A stretch of 64,000 bases of DNA from an uncultured candidatus Porisulfidus sp. (GTDB lineage Bacteria; Pseudomonadota; Gammaproteobacteria; Poriferisulfidales; Oxydemutatoraceae), in contig OZ244052.1 of the NCBI GenBank assembly GCA_965215125.1, positions 320,001 to 384,000 on the forward strand, given 5' to 3'. Below are positions 1 through 11,085 of this stretch, piece by piece. The position numbers and the translations under genes were made by a program. The notes under the pieces are model-generated. The model did no database searches. It had not been told where the DNA came from and saw only the letters and a program-made list of their open reading frames with translations. Numbering within the stretch: position 1 is the first letter of the stretch; the number at the start of each line of letters is the position of its first letter.

Positions 1-3000
1 TGCATAACAAACGGCAATGCGTCCTTCGTTAAAACCTACAAACCCCCCGGAGCTATTAGCACCTCTCACAGAAGCATCCGTATGACTATTGATGATTACA
101 CCGCTTTGCGTATTCTCACCGGCTAAACCACCCACTCTATCGCCGCCGACTACGCTACCCTGCGCACGACTACTGACGATCATACCGTTATTGCGACCGG
201 CGACGATACCGACTCCATCACCACCGATTATTTCGGCAACAAATAAGTCTAATCCACTGATCCTTGCATTTCTCCCAATGACACCGAATAAGCCGACCGC
301 ATCGGTATCGGGTCGATTGATTTTCAAATTTGAGATTGTCCTCCGGTTTCCATAAAAATCGGCAGTAAAAGGATGTTGGCGGTCTCCTATAGGCAACCAG
401 CCTCTGTTTAGCGTCCATGCCTGCTTATTTATTGTTGCGATACGATAGCTATCGTCGTTTTCAAAATCTAAGTCTGTTGTCAACTCATAACCTCTGCATA
501 CCCCCGAAGGACACCCAACGCTGATTAGACTGGCAGTAGAATTCGCCCTATATCCACGACCATCCGGCTGATAGCGAATTGCATGTAAATCCTCTATATA
601 ATCAATCTCTATCAAGCCGTCTTGGTCTCTATCAATGCGATAACCCGATGTCGCAAAGCGCAGACGCGCGACTGCGATAACATATTGAGCCACGCTGCCA
701 CCTTGGGTTTGTACCTCGATTACGACTTTGCTCGTTCGGCTTGTATTCAGTGGAATTTCGGAACTCGTCGTAGCATTCGCTACATACTCGTCAAAGGCGT
801 TGCCGACAGTAATACGAATGTCGGCATCGGTAGCATGAGCAATAGGAATTAAACGTATATGTTCGGTATCGGAGAAAACAGTCAACCGATAATTGCTTAT
901 AGAACGGCTAAAATGCGGTGCAAGATGAAATCCTTCGGATACCAATTTCAAGTCAACCAGACCTATATCTTGATCGGAAATCGGAGTGCCACAACGAACT
1001 AACGATAAACCACCACAAGCGGGTTTGTCCCTAAACGCAGTTGCAACATCGGTTGCGGCGATATATTTAAGAATCGGATATTGTTCTCGGGTACCGAAAT
1101 CCCAAGCATCGGTACTCCATCCGGTATAAATTGTCCCGGTTGGACTGGTCGATGTTTTCAAGTTTACGGTACTGTGTCCCGCACTACCGATAATACCGGT
1201 GATGATACCGCTTTTTTGTATATCCCAATAGTTATACGATAAGACACCGCTGTTATTGTTGACCCCGATAAAACCGCCTACCCCGCGACCGTCGGCGATT
1301 ACCCTACCGGCTGCATAGTTATTTCGGATCCTGCCTTTATTTGAATTATTTCCGACAAATCCTCCCACTTCGCTTATTGCAATCACATCCCCTATCGCAT
1401 AGTTATTAATGATAGTACCTTCCAAATAGTTCCTACCGACCAAACCGCCGGCGCCATAGCCCCTTGCGACTACGCGACTGATTGCATAACAGTTGCGAAT
1501 CCGACCGGCGTTGATGCCGACCAAACCACCGACATAATAAATTCCTGATACTTCAATCCTTGCATAGCTATTGACTATTGCGCCACTCGTTCTATTCTCG
1601 CCGACCAATCCGCCTACTCTACCTCTTCGTCCTTCCACTTCACCTACCGCGTAGCTATTGACAATCACCCCATCACCGATACCGGCTAGACCGCCTACTT
1701 TATCGTTTCCTACCAGCTTAAGATCCAATAAGCCTAGACCTTCAACCCTGGCGTTCGTGCCGAGCTCGGCGAATAAACCGACAATGTCGGAATCAGGTCT
1801 ATCGATGAACAGATTTGATAATGTTTTTCCGTTGGCGTTGAATACACCGACAAAAGGCTCTTGTTCATCACCTATAGGCAACCACCCCTCACCCTCGCTC
1901 CATGCTTTTTTGTTCACTTCGGGATCGCGATAACTACCGTCAACCTTGAAATCCAAATCTCGTGCAAGTTCATAACCTCTGCAACCTTCCTCGGGACAAC
2001 CGACGGTGATCACCGGTGCCGACCCGCTTTCTCGATAGCCGCTACCGTCCAAGCGATATCGGATTGCATCGAGCTCTTCCAAATTATCTATTTCTATCAA
2101 ACCATCGTTATCTCTATCAATGTCGGTTATAGGAAAAGCTAGGCGATGTACTCTAATCGTGTATACCGTAACCCTACCGTTCTTGGCTTCCACTTGAATT
2201 GTAATATGCGAACTATCGGCTGAAATAATCGGGCTGCTTTCACCGTTGATAATTGGTATACCGGTTTTACCGTCTATACTCAACTCGATACGGTCGTCAA
2301 AATTAACTGCCGTAGCTATCAAGCTAAAATTCGGTCGGTCGGCATCGAGCGTTAAATCATAGTTGAATGTTTCCGGCTCAAAGGACGGAAATAATGCTAC
2401 ACCTGCCGACGCTTTCAGATCTTGCAAACCGAAACGTTGATCGAACAACAACGCACCGCAGTTTGTTAGCTGTTGGGCAGTACCACAATGTGCATCTCTA
2501 TATTTGAGTACCGGATATTGGCTACTTGTTCCGAAATCCCAATCTGCAACATTCCAATTAAAATAAATTTCTCCGCGAATTTCACCGGGCACGACGGGAG
2601 CCTTAAGTTGTACCGTGGTGGCGGAAGTGCCTGCCGCACTATACCGCTGTCCACTGATTTCCGCATTCCAATAACTCTGCTTTACACGCCCCTGATTATT
2701 CTTCGCAATTAACCCGCCGTTGCTTCCCGACGAGACATGCGATATCGTATAGCTATTAGCGACACTGCCGGCATTGCGTCCTATCAAACCGCCGGCTATC
2801 ACATTCGCCTGAATGTTGCCGGTTGAATAGGCATTGTTAATCGTCCCGATATTACTACCGACCAAACCACCGGTGCTTATTTTTCTTAACAACCCACCGA
2901 ACATAAGAGTATTACCACTGTCGTGAACATCACCGCCGGCGTAGCTGTTGGAAACGATACCGTCGTTCCTTCCGACCAAACCCCCGATACCAAGACTAAA

Positions 3001-6000
3001 TTTTTGCGTCGCAGTAGTTACGTTTATATCGACATACGCATAACTACCGATAATTTGCCCGGTAGAATAAGCCACCAAACCACCGATATCCAAAATCTTG
3101 TTATTATCCGCTACAACGACACCGGTCGCATAACTGTTGATAACCCGCCCCTTTGAATGGGCAACTAAGCTACCTATGCTTTCACCGCCTCTGAGTTCTA
3201 CATCCAATAAAGCGACACCCTCTATTAACGCATGTTCGCCGGTATCGGCGAATAAACCTACATTACTCAACGCCGGTCTATTGATCCTCAAATTGGACAA
3301 AGTCTTACCGTTGGCTTTGAATACACCGTTGAAGCTTTCAATCGGTTGCCATCCCCCTTCGGATGCCGTCCAAATATCTTTGTTGGATAAATCACGATGA
3401 TAGGTATTGCGATAACTTGCAATATCCTCAAAATCCAAGTCTCTATCCAATTCATAACCTCGACATCCGTCGGCCGGACAGCCTAGAGTAATTTTAGAAG
3501 TATTTGCACTTGCCCTATAACCGGTGCCATCCGGTTGATAGCGTATTTCGTTCAGCTCTTCCAAGTTGTTTATTTCTATCAAACCGTCGTTGTCTTTGTC
3601 TATATCGTCTATTACCCTATCCAAGCGATGCGTCTTAATCGTATATGCAAACAACGATGTATTCTCTACGATAAATCTAAGATCTGTTCCGTCTAGTACT
3701 ATTGGTTCACTAACGGCACCGCTCGTTACATTTCCTATAAATATTCCATCCTTATAGATGCCGATAAAAGTCGGTAACTCTGCGGTCGGTGTTGCTCTAA
3801 TCCGTTCTATATCGGCATTAACATACATATCGTAGGTAAATATAGAAGATTCAAAAGTCGGCACCAACCATACACCCTCGGATAATACCAAGTTGCGTAA
3901 ACGATTATAATTTTGATTAGGGAATACGGTACCGCACGGCGTAACATTCAATCGCCTGCAGTCCGGGTGATTGTATTTAAGTGCCGGATATTGTTCGGAT
4001 GTGCCGAAGTCCCAATTCTCGGTACTCCAATTGAAATAGACTTCGGTTAAAGTGCTACCCGGGGCGGCAGGTCCTTTAAGTTTTTCGGTGGCTAAACCCG
4101 CTACACCGTTTGAGATTGAACTTATCATCTCGGCATCTTTGGCATCGGCAATCGTTATATCCCAATAACTGTTTGAGATTGAACCTCTATTGTTATTACC
4201 GACCAGACCTCCGGTCTCCGTGTTGTCGGATACCGAAAAAACAGCTGCGTAGCTTCGAGTAATTACGGCACGGTGATTTGTGCCGACCAATCCGCCGGTG
4301 TTGCGCCCACCTTCTATCGTACCGGTTGCGTAGCTATCGGAAATCGACCCACTCGGCGAATTACGGCCAACCAATCCGCCGGCTGAAACCACCGCATCTG
4401 TTGCCGTCAGATAACCGGCTGCATGGCTGTTGCCGATAACACCTGCGTTAATACCGACTAAGCCACCGACACGGGAATCCGCACCACCCTCGGCTTTTAT
4501 ATGTCCGCTGACATAGCTATTGAAAATCGTGCCGGAAAAATTGATACCTGCCAAACCACCGACACGCAACTTGCCGAGTATATCGACATTCAATAAGGCG
4601 ACACCGTCTATCTCTGCATCTTTCCCCACCACACCGAACAAACCTACATTGTCGGTAGTGGGACGGTTTATCAATAGCTTATCTATGGTTTTTATATTGC
4701 CTTTGAAAACGGCTTTGAACGGTTGCAACTCACTGCCTATCGGTTGCCAACCTTCTCCTTGCCCCCAAACAGCTTTATTCTCTATCCGACGATAGCTTGC
4801 GTCGTCTTGGAAATCCAAATCGCTTATTAACTCGTATCCTCTGCAACCTTGTAGGGGGCAACCGGTCGTAAACTCGGGGGCCTCGGGAGCGGCTTTATAT
4901 GCGGTACCGTACAGATTGTAGCGGATCGCATTGAGGTCTTCTAGTTTTCTAATCTCTATCAAACCGTTGCCGTCTTCATCGACTTTTTTAAAAGGAATAT
5001 AGCTCACATTAAATGTATAGCGATCTCTCGTTTTGCCTTTTACTGTAACGACGATGCGAATAACCGATTCACTATCGAGTAAAATTGCCGAACTGGCAAC
5101 TCCGCTTTCGATGCCTTTATCTATTATTTCCCCGTCTACACCGATATCTATTAAGGCATCGGATTCTATCGCTTTAGCAATCATATTGAGTCGATCCTTG
5201 CGGCCGGCAATCGTCAAATTATAATCCTTTAGCGACCCTCTAAAAATCGGAGACAACGATATATCACCCTCTGCAAGTATCGTCAAATCCGACAACCCGC
5301 GTTTTCTATCGGGCAGTTGCGAACCGCAAACCGGTAAAGCAGAGTCGTCGCTTGCGGTATTTATACAAAAGCTAAAATCTTGATGCAGATCGGAGGTTTG
5401 CACATATTTAAGTATCGGGTATTGTTTGCGGGTACCGAAATCCCAATCGGCATTGCGCCAGCCGTAATAGACATCGGTTTCGGTAGTGCTTTCATCGGCG
5501 GTTGAAGTTTGAAGTTCTATCGTTGTCTTGGAAGTGCCCCCCGCACTATAATGTATGTTTTCTATCAGACTATCCCAATAGCTGTTGATAATTTGCGCGG
5601 TATCATTACTAGCACCTATCAGACCACCGATCCTGCCGATGCCCGATAGCTTGGTCGCTGCATAGCTGTGCTTCACGATGCCGTTTGAATGACCGACTAA
5701 ACCACCTATACGATCTATGCCTCTTATATCACCGATCGCATAACCGTTCAGAATGGTAGCTTTCGTTCCGTTAAATCCAACCAAACCACCTGTATGCAAG
5801 GCATCCCCTTTCACATCGCCGATTGCATAACTATTAATAATCTTGGCTTCATTCCTACCGACCAACCCACCTGCACAAAGCCCATTTCCTTGCACGTTGA
5901 CATTGGCATAGCTGTTTATAATCAACGGCACCAGGTCACTATTATCCGATGTTTGTAGACCAACCAAACCACCTACTTGAGCACTTGAGAAGAGAGACGC

Positions 6001-8766
6001 ATTCATTTTTACACTACCGGTGACATAGCAGTTTGCAATGATGCCTTCGTTAAAACCCGCTAAGCCACCGATAAATGTTTGGCCCGAAATATCTACATTT
6101 AATAAACCGAGATTCATAATCTTTCCGGCGGTACGGCCGAATAAAGATGCAAACCCGATTCCGGTATCGTGTATTTTTAAGTTGGAAATCGTATAGCCGT
6201 TACCTTCGAATGTCGCCCTAAAGGGATTGTTGTGGCCAAGAATACCCGGATATAGCCACAGATTCATCTCCGTCCATCTGCGTTTATTGTTTAGGTCTCT
6301 ATAACTGCCGTCGTCGTTGAAATCCAGATCTCTCAGCAATTCATAACCTGTGCATTTATTGGCAGGACAACCTCTGGTAATGCCCGGCACATCAGAACTC
6401 TCTCTATAAGCATCACCACTCCGTTCATAATACATTGCAGCCAAATCTTCCAAATAGCGAATTTCTATCAGACCGTCGTCGTCTCTATCTAGGTCTAATA
6501 TAGGTAGGATAAATTTTTCCGAGACTATAGTGTCGTTTGAATATCCTTGCCCGTCGCGATAGATTAAGCGCACACGATATTGCGTACGGTCGGCTAAACC
6601 CGAACTTATCGGTATATCGTAATGCGCCTCGCTCGCATCTTTAATATCTTTCCATTCGTCGTTTGCCGCAGGGGACTTGCTTTGCCACTGATAGCCGACT
6701 ATGTCCAAACTCTCTATACCATCCGAATCACCCGATAAGTCCTCAAGATTTAATTCGGGGACTACGAGTGTAAAAGTCTCTTCTATAAATGTAGGTGCTG
6801 CGACGGCAACAACAGCAGATCCATTCTCTACTTTAACTATCGTCAATGTTAGTTCTTTGTTGTCCGTTATAATGCCGTCGCTTGCTTGTACCTGTAATAC
6901 GATGTCGGCACTTTCGTCGTTAACCGCAATTAAATCTTCGGGCACCGTTATTTCCAAAACCGGTTGTCGGGTATCGATACCCGATAACAACGAGACACCG
7001 GATAACTGATCCCATCTGTAATCCACCGTACGAGCATCCGAACCACGCCTCATAGAGGCTTCCAATCTAAGGTGCTCCCCTTCGCTTATTCTATTATTCA
7101 AGGGAATACCTTTAATTTTTAGCGGATAAAACACATTGATCTTATATTGTCTTGCAACCGTGATCAGGTTTGTATCCGTCGCAACATCCAAGGGAATAAG
7201 CGATTGCGCACCGCTATTCATACGGCGACTAGATCCGCCATCGTAGGTGACATCGATTATTGCAGTCTGATCAACCGCAGTCGGAGTCAATCGCAATCGG
7301 TCGGTGCGCTCGGCAACCACGACACGATAATGAAATATCCGTTCATCAAAAGCCGGAAGCAGTTCCAAACCCTCATCCAGTGCTATATCCGATAGGTGCG
7401 GGTATTGACCTTCTAATAAATCGCCACAGGCAAAACCGTCGTCTGTCCAAGCGGTGCAAGCGACGCGTCCTCGTGTCGGTTCGGGTAATCGGACATATTT
7501 GAGTATCGGATAGTGATATTCGCTACCGAAATCCCAGTTATCCGTACTCCAACCGTAATAACTCTGCTCGGGTGAGGTTCCCGGCGCAGTAGGAGATTGC
7601 ATTTGCTTAGTGGTGCGGAGTACGCCGCCGGCACTTACAAACACTCGGGCGGTTGTTAAATCCCAATAGCTATTGGTTGCAGTACTTTCGGACGCTCTGC
7701 CGTCTACATAATTTAACCCGATTAAACCACCGGTGTAGCCCTTCCCTGCAACACCGGCGATCGCATAGCTGTCGGCAACCGAATGTTTGTTATATCCGAC
7801 CAAACCACCGACTCTATAACGCCCTCGTACATCGTATTCCACTTCCATACTTCCCGCCGCATAACTATCGGTGATTATGCCGCTATTCAAACCGACCAAA
7901 CCGCCGACATTATCGGTCAATCCTCTAACACGGCTTCCGGCAAAAGTATTGATAAGCGAACCTTTGTTGTGTCCGATTAAACCACCGACATCATCTGCCG
8001 AACCCATAACGTTACTCTCTGCATAACTGTTAGCAACCCAACCGCGGTTGTCCCCGATCAGGCCGCCGACTTTGTACGCACCGCTTAAATTAATACGCGC
8101 ATAACTATTGACAACCGTGCCTTGATTAGCACCGACCAAACCACCCCCGGTGCCACCTTTGACACTGAGAGTCCCGTTTTCCACGCTACTGTCGCTGATC
8201 CTACCTTCGTTGGTACCGACCAAAGCACCGATCTCAAAATCTCCGCTGATATCGACGTTGAATAGTCTAAGACCGTCAATCTCGGCATGTCTTTGAGTCC
8301 TACCGAATAAACCTACACTATTAATATTTCTATCAATGCGTAGATTAGAAATCTTATGGCCGTTTGCTTTGAATATCGCTGCGAATGGATTTAGAGGAGT
8401 CCCTATAGGTTTCCAACCCGGCCCGATGCTCCAGATATTTTTATTGTGTATAGCTCGGTAGCTCGCATCGTTTTTGAAGTCTAAATCCAAGACCAATTCA
8501 TATCCCTTACAGCCCTCACTTAGCGAACAACCCGAAGTGATTTTCATTGCATTCGCATCGGCTTTATAGCCGCTACCGTCCAGCTGATAACGAATTGCAT
8601 TCAGAGCTTCTAGATTGCAAATTTCTATGAGACCGTCATCGTCTTCATCTATATCTGCCGAGTCGCACGGCATTGAGAACACAGATGATGTCTGCGCATG
8701 TACTGCATGCAGGCATAGTGCCAGCCACAATAGACCGGCACATAACGCCCATTTAGATACCCCCAT
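1..8766 (-). CDS. Giant secreted modular protein 1 (GLUG-type beta-solenoid / cadherin-like beta-sandwich repeats), 3'-truncated by the window edge (>2922 aa)
   Basis: Not in the ORF track (no stop in window). ATG at 8766 with AGGAGG RBS at 8775-8780. Translation begins MGVSKWALCAGLLWLALCLHAVHA|QTSSVFSMPCDSADIDEDDDGLIEICNLEALNAIRYQLDG. The same frame at 1-51 reads ...SGGFVGFNEGRIAVCYA. About six modules with GWxPIG, GGLVG, SYW and WDFG..QYP motifs, homologous to the 30114 and 48196 ORFs. Confidence 0.88.
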   Translation of the reverse strand, partial: MGVSKWALCAGLLWLALCLHAVHAQTSSVFSMPCDSADIDEDDDGLIEICNLEALNAIRYQLDGSGYKADANAMKITSGCSLSEGCKGYELVLDLDFKNDASYRAIHNKNIWSIGPGWKPIGTPLNPFAAIFKANGHKISNLRIDRNINSVGLFGRTQRHAEIDGLRLFNVDISGDFEIGALVGTNEGRISDSSVENGTLSVKGGTGGGLVGANQGTVVNSYARINLSGAYKVGGLIGDNRGWVANSYAESNVMGSADDVGGLIGHNKGSLINTFAGSRVRGLTDNVGGLVGLNSGIITDSYAAGSMEVEYDVRGRYRVGGLVGYNKHSVADSYAIAGVAGKGYTGGLIGLNYVDGRASESTATNSYWDLTTARVFVSAGGVLRTTKQMQSPTAPGTSPEQSYYGWSTDNWDFGSEYHYPILKYVRLPEPTRGRVACTAWTDDGFACGDLLEGQYPHLSDIALDEGLELLPAFDERIFHYRVVVAERTDRLRLTPTAVDQTAIIDVTYDGGSSRRMNSGAQSLIPLDVATDTNLITVARQYKINVFYPLKIKGIPLNNRISEGEHLRLEASMRRGSDARTVDYRWDQLSGVSLLSGIDTRQPVLEITVPEDLIAVNDESADIVLQVQASDGIITDNKELTLTIVKVENGSAVVAVAAPTFIEETFTLVVPELNLEDLSGDSDGIESLDIVGYQWQSKSPAANDEWKDIKDASEAHYDIPISSGLADRTQYRVRLIYRDGQGYSNDTIVSEKFILPILDLDRDDDGLIEIRYLEDLAAMYYERSGDAYRESSDVPGITRGCPANKCTGYELLRDLDFNDDGSYRDLNNKRRWTEMNLWLYPGILGHNNPFRATFEGNGYTISNLKIHDTGIGFASLFGRTAGKIMNLGLLNVDISGQTFIGGLAGFNEGIIANCYVTGSVKMNASLFSSAQVGGLVGLQTSDNSDLVPLIINSYANVNVQGNGLCAGGLVGRNEAKIINSYAIGDVKGDALHTGGLVGFNGTKATILNGYAIGDIRGIDRIGGLVGHSNGIVKHSYAATKLSGIGRIGGLIGASNDTAQIINSYWDSLIENIHYSAGGTSKTTIELQTSTADESTTETDVYYGWRNADWDFGTRKQYPILKYVQTSDLHQDFSFCINTASDDSALPVCGSQLPDRKRGLSDLTILAEGDISLSPIFRGSLKDYNLTIAGRKDRLNMIAKAIESDALIDIGVDGEIIDKGIESGVASSAILLDSESVIRIVVTVKGKTRDRYTFNVSYIPFKKVDEDGNGLIEIRKLEDLNAIRYNLYGTAYKAAPEAPEFTTGCPLQGCRGYELISDLDFQDDASYRRIENKAVWGQGEGWQPIGSELQPFKAVFKGNIKTIDKLLINRPTTDNVGLFGVVGKDAEIDGVALLNVDILGKLRVGGLAGINFSGTIFNSYVSGHIKAEGGADSRVGGLVGINAGVIGNSHAAGYLTATDAVVSAGGLVGRNSPSGSISDSYATGTIEGGRNTGGLVGTNHRAVITRSYAAVFSVSDNTETGGLVGNNNRGSISNSYWDITIADAKDAEMISSISNGVAGLATEKLKGPAAPGSTLTEVYFNWSTENWDFGTSEQYPALKYNHPDCRRLNVTPCGTVFPNQNYNRLRNLVLSEGVWLVPTFESSIFTYDMYVNADIERIRATPTAELPTFIGIYKDGIFIGNVTSGAVSEPIVLDGTDLRFIVENTSLFAYTIKTHRLDRVIDDIDKDNDGLIEINNLEELNEIRYQPDGTGYRASANTSKITLGCPADGCRGYELDRDLDFEDIASYRNTYHRDLSNKDIWTASEGGWQPIESFNGVFKANGKTLSNLRINRPALSNVGLFADTGEHALIEGVALLDVELRGGESIGSLVAHSKGRVINSYATGVVVADNNKILDIGGLVAYSTGQIIGSYAYVDINVTTATQKFSLGIGGLVGRNDGIVSNSYAGGDVHDSGNTLMFGGLLRKISTGGLVGSNIGTINNAYSTGNIQANVIAGGLIGRNAGSVANSYTISHVSSGSNGGLIAKNNQGRVKQSYWNAEISGQRYSAAGTSATTVQLKAPVVPGEIRGEIYFNWNVADWDFGTSSQYPVLKYRDAHCGTAQQLTNCGALLFDQRFGLQDLKASAGVALFPSFEPETFNYDLTLDADRPNFSLIATAVNFDDRIELSIDGKTGIPIINGESSPIISADSSHITIQVEAKNGRVTVYTIRVHRLAFPITDIDRDNDGLIEIDNLEELDAIRYRLDGSGYRESGSAPVITVGCPEEGCRGYELARDLDFKVDGSYRDPEVNKKAWSEGEGWLPIGDEQEPFVGVFNANGKTLSNLFIDRPDSDIVGLFAELGTNARVEGLGLLDLKLVGNDKVGGLAGIGDGVIVNSYAVGEVEGRRGRVGGLVGENRTSGAIVNSYARIEVSGIYYVGGLVGINAGRIRNCYAISRVVARGYGAGGLVGRNYLEGTIINNYAIGDVIAISEVGGFVGNNSNKGRIRNNYAAGRVIADGRGVGGFIGVNNNSGVLSYNYWDIQKSGIITGIIGSAGHSTVNLKTSTSPTGTIYTGWSTDAWDFGTREQYPILKYIAATDVATAFRDKPACGGLSLVRCGTPISDQDIGLVDLKLVSEGFHLAPHFSRSISNYRLTVFSDTEHIRLIPIAHATDADIRITVGNAFDEYVANATTSSEIPLNTSRTSKVVIEVQTQGGSVAQYVIAVARLRFATSGYRIDRDQDGLIEIDYIEDLHAIRYQPDGRGYRANSTASLISVGCPSGVCRGYELTTDLDFENDDSYRIATINKQAWTLNRGWLPIGDRQHPFTADFYGNRRTISNLKINRPDTDAVGLFGVIGRNARISGLDLFVAEIIGGDGVGIVAGRNNGMIVSSRAQGSVVGGDRVGGLAGENTQSGVIINSHTDASVRGANSSGGFVGFNEGRIAVCYA

Positions 8767-9000
8767 TATTGGCCCCTCCTATCTAAACGGTATTAATCGT
8801 ATAGAGTGTTTATTTTAATTGATCAATGATGCAAATTATGCAGAGATTTTTTTTAACTAGAATACAAAAGGATAAAAAGTACTACTATCGGTATGGCGGC
8901 ATCGGCGGTGTTACATCCGGCATAGTTTCCATAAATCGGTGGATGCATATCAATCATGCCGCACACAGAGCGCAGTCGGATTTTGCGTAATTCGTGTTCT

Positions 9001-10008
9001 CTAGTACCAGATTTTCGGTTTGCCTAGAAACCGATAGCGCACCGAATTGATCAGGTATTGATATGTGAACTTAACGCATGGAGGAGAACATATAAAAAAC
9101 TTCACCCCTTTATGTCTATACAATATCCAAGGAATGGCATCTATGTGTTGTATAGGTAGATTAGGATCCATTGCGATTTGTTTAATGAGTATTGCGGTCG
9201 GCAATCTAAGCACATACGCGGTCCCCGAACCGGTCCCTTCGCTAGGGTTGGCGATATAATGCTTAGCTGTGATTTTATGCCACGATGCTTTGTCGCGACT
9301 TAACGGTGTACCTATTTCCGATGAATAATATCGTGGCAACCAGAAATGTGTGCCGGGTTCATTAATATTAATTCTCTTGGCATCGGCATATTTTTTCTTT
9401 AGAAATTTTCCATAACGGGTATTAAAATATAGATAATTTCCGATAATATCAAAATAACATCTAATAACACCTAGGGCAGCCAAGTACGCAGTATACGGGC
9501 GTAAATTCGGATAGCATCGCTTATAGAGCACGATTCTGATGAGACCCCTATAAACCTTCATTCGTATAGGCGAACTACAAGTCCTAAATAAATTAATCAT
9601 GATTTTATTGGGGGTCCTTCCATAACTACTAAGTTTCAGTATATCCCACGATATTTTCATCGCAGAAGCCAATATTTTAGGAAAATCGGGTAGTATATAA
9701 GAATCGTCTTCTAATACGCACGCAGCAGGAATATTATTCTCTATCATCAAATGATACGCCTTTATATGGCTTAACATCACCGCAAACCCTCTATCTTTGA
9801 GTACTTTATATTTGTACTCCATAATGTCTTCGTCTATATCCAGTTGACGAGCGGTTTCTCTTCTATACTCTTTAGAATCTAACTCGTATTTGTCGATCGC
9901 ATCCACAAAACGATAGCTTAAGCCCAAAGCATCAAGCTGTCTTTGTATATAAAGTTTTCTTTCCGGTGTCCGTTTGAGATTGATTACATAAATAGGAGGA
10001 ATGGACAT
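9001..10008 (-). CDS. Glycosyltransferase family 25 (Lex2/LgtB-like) protein
   Basis: N-terminal IYVINLKRTPERK, FVDAID, LSHIKAY and CVLEDD motifs, and C-terminal GSGTAYVL and HID motifs, typical of GT25. Confidence 0.85.
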   Translation of the reverse strand: MSIPPIYVINLKRTPERKLYIQRQLDALGLSYRFVDAIDKYELDSKEYRRETARQLDIDEDIMEYKYKVLKDRGFAVMLSHIKAYHLMIENNIPAACVLEDDSYILPDFPKILASAMKISWDILKLSSYGRTPNKIMINLFRTCSSPIRMKVYRGLIRIVLYKRCYPNLRPYTAYLAALGVIRCYFDIIGNYLYFNTRYGKFLKKKYADAKRININEPGTHFWLPRYYSSEIGTPLSRDKASWHKITAKHYIANPSEGTGSGTAYVLRLPTAILIKQIAMDPNLPIQHIDAIPWILYRHKGVKFFICSPPCVKFTYQYLINSVRYRFLGKPKIWY

Positions 10009-10173
10009 GGAATAATATAAAAGGCTTTGTTACACACGCTGCGTCTATCCGATTGTAGCATACCTAAAACTGAAAAAATTATAATAACATAAACAAGATA
10101 CGCAAATCACCCATAAGCACTATTCGGGGTTGTTGAAAAAATGTCGATAAAAACTTAAACTACTCTATTGACT

Positions 10174-11046
10174 ATGCGTGTAACAATAATAGGCGGCAGC
10201 GGGTTTGTAGGCAGTGCTTTAACAAACACATTGTCGGCTCTAAATCATGAAATTATCCTCTTGAGCCGCAGTTCTGTTGCGGACGGTTTGTCCTCGCGCG
10301 TCAAACTGCGGGTCTACAAACCACAAAATTTCTCTGCCGAATTATTGAGCGATTGCGATTGCGTTATCAACTTGGTCGGGATATTGAATAAACGCATCTT
10401 ACATCCGCAAGATTTTCATGATGCGCACATAGAGTTAGTGAGACAAGTTATACACGCGTGTCGCTCGGCAAACATTCGACGCTACTTACATGTCGGTGCC
10501 TTGAATGCAAATCCACAAGGACCCAGTGAATATCTAAAAACAAAATACGCCGGCGAAAGGCTTGCGTTCGAAGCCGATAGCTTAGATGTCACAAGTTTTA
10601 GACCTTCGGTAATATTCGGTTCCAAGGATAGCTTTCTGAATCGCTTTGCTCGACTTCTTAAACTACTTCCCGTCCCGATATTCCCGCTTGCCTGCGCAGA
10701 TACCCTATTCGCACCGGTTTATGTCGATGAACTGGCAACACGAATTGTAGAAAGCATCGATGACGATAAAACTATAGGTCAATGTATCAATCTCTGCGGA
10801 CCTAAACAATACACACTCGAACAAATCGTAAGCTATGTTGCACACCTACTCGGCAAGCGGGTGAAAATTATAGTCTTGCACGACAGTCTAGCAAAGCTAC
10901 AAGCACGATTTTGCGATTTTGTTCCGGGCCGACCTTTTAGTTTTGATAATTACCTCTCGCTACAAGTAGACAGTATCTGTAGCGCAAGCGATACCTTATG
11001 TAGCACTCCTATGGAAGCTATCGCACCGAACTATATCAAACCTTAA
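10174..11046 (+). CDS. NAD-dependent epimerase/dehydratase, complex I NDUFA9-like SDR
   Basis: GGSGFVG Rossmann motif, VINLVGIL, YLKTK (YxxxK), FRPSVIFG. ATG at 10174 preferred over TTG at 10168. Confidence 0.85.
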   Translation: MRVTIIGGSGFVGSALTNTLSALNHEIILLSRSSVADGLSSRVKLRVYKPQNFSAELLSDCDCVINLVGILNKRILHPQDFHDAHIELVRQVIHACRSANIRRYLHVGALNANPQGPSEYLKTKYAGERLAFEADSLDVTSFRPSVIFGSKDSFLNRFARLLKLLPVPIFPLACADTLFAPVYVDELATRIVESIDDDKTIGQCINLCGPKQYTLEQIVSYVAHLLGKRVKIIVLHDSLAKLQARFCDFVPGRPFSFDNYLSLQVDSICSASDTLCSTPMEAIAPNYIKP

Positions 11047-11085
11047 CGCATTGGAGGGTTATTCCCCTCCTGTGGAGGGGTGGCA

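Noticed and set aside
89-8818. Many short ORFs in the track here, and likewise across 30222-63782
   Set aside because: They are antisense or alternative-frame shadows of the giant minus-strand genes. Their repeated KPPT/PIGCQP motifs mirror GGL/GWQPIG codons.
10021-10142. IS-end-like strings (GGCTTTGTTACACA; GGGGTTGTTGAAAAAA) between GT25 and the SDR gene
   Set aside because: They are not arranged as an inverted pair, there is no target duplication or transposase remnant, and they are too short to support a call.
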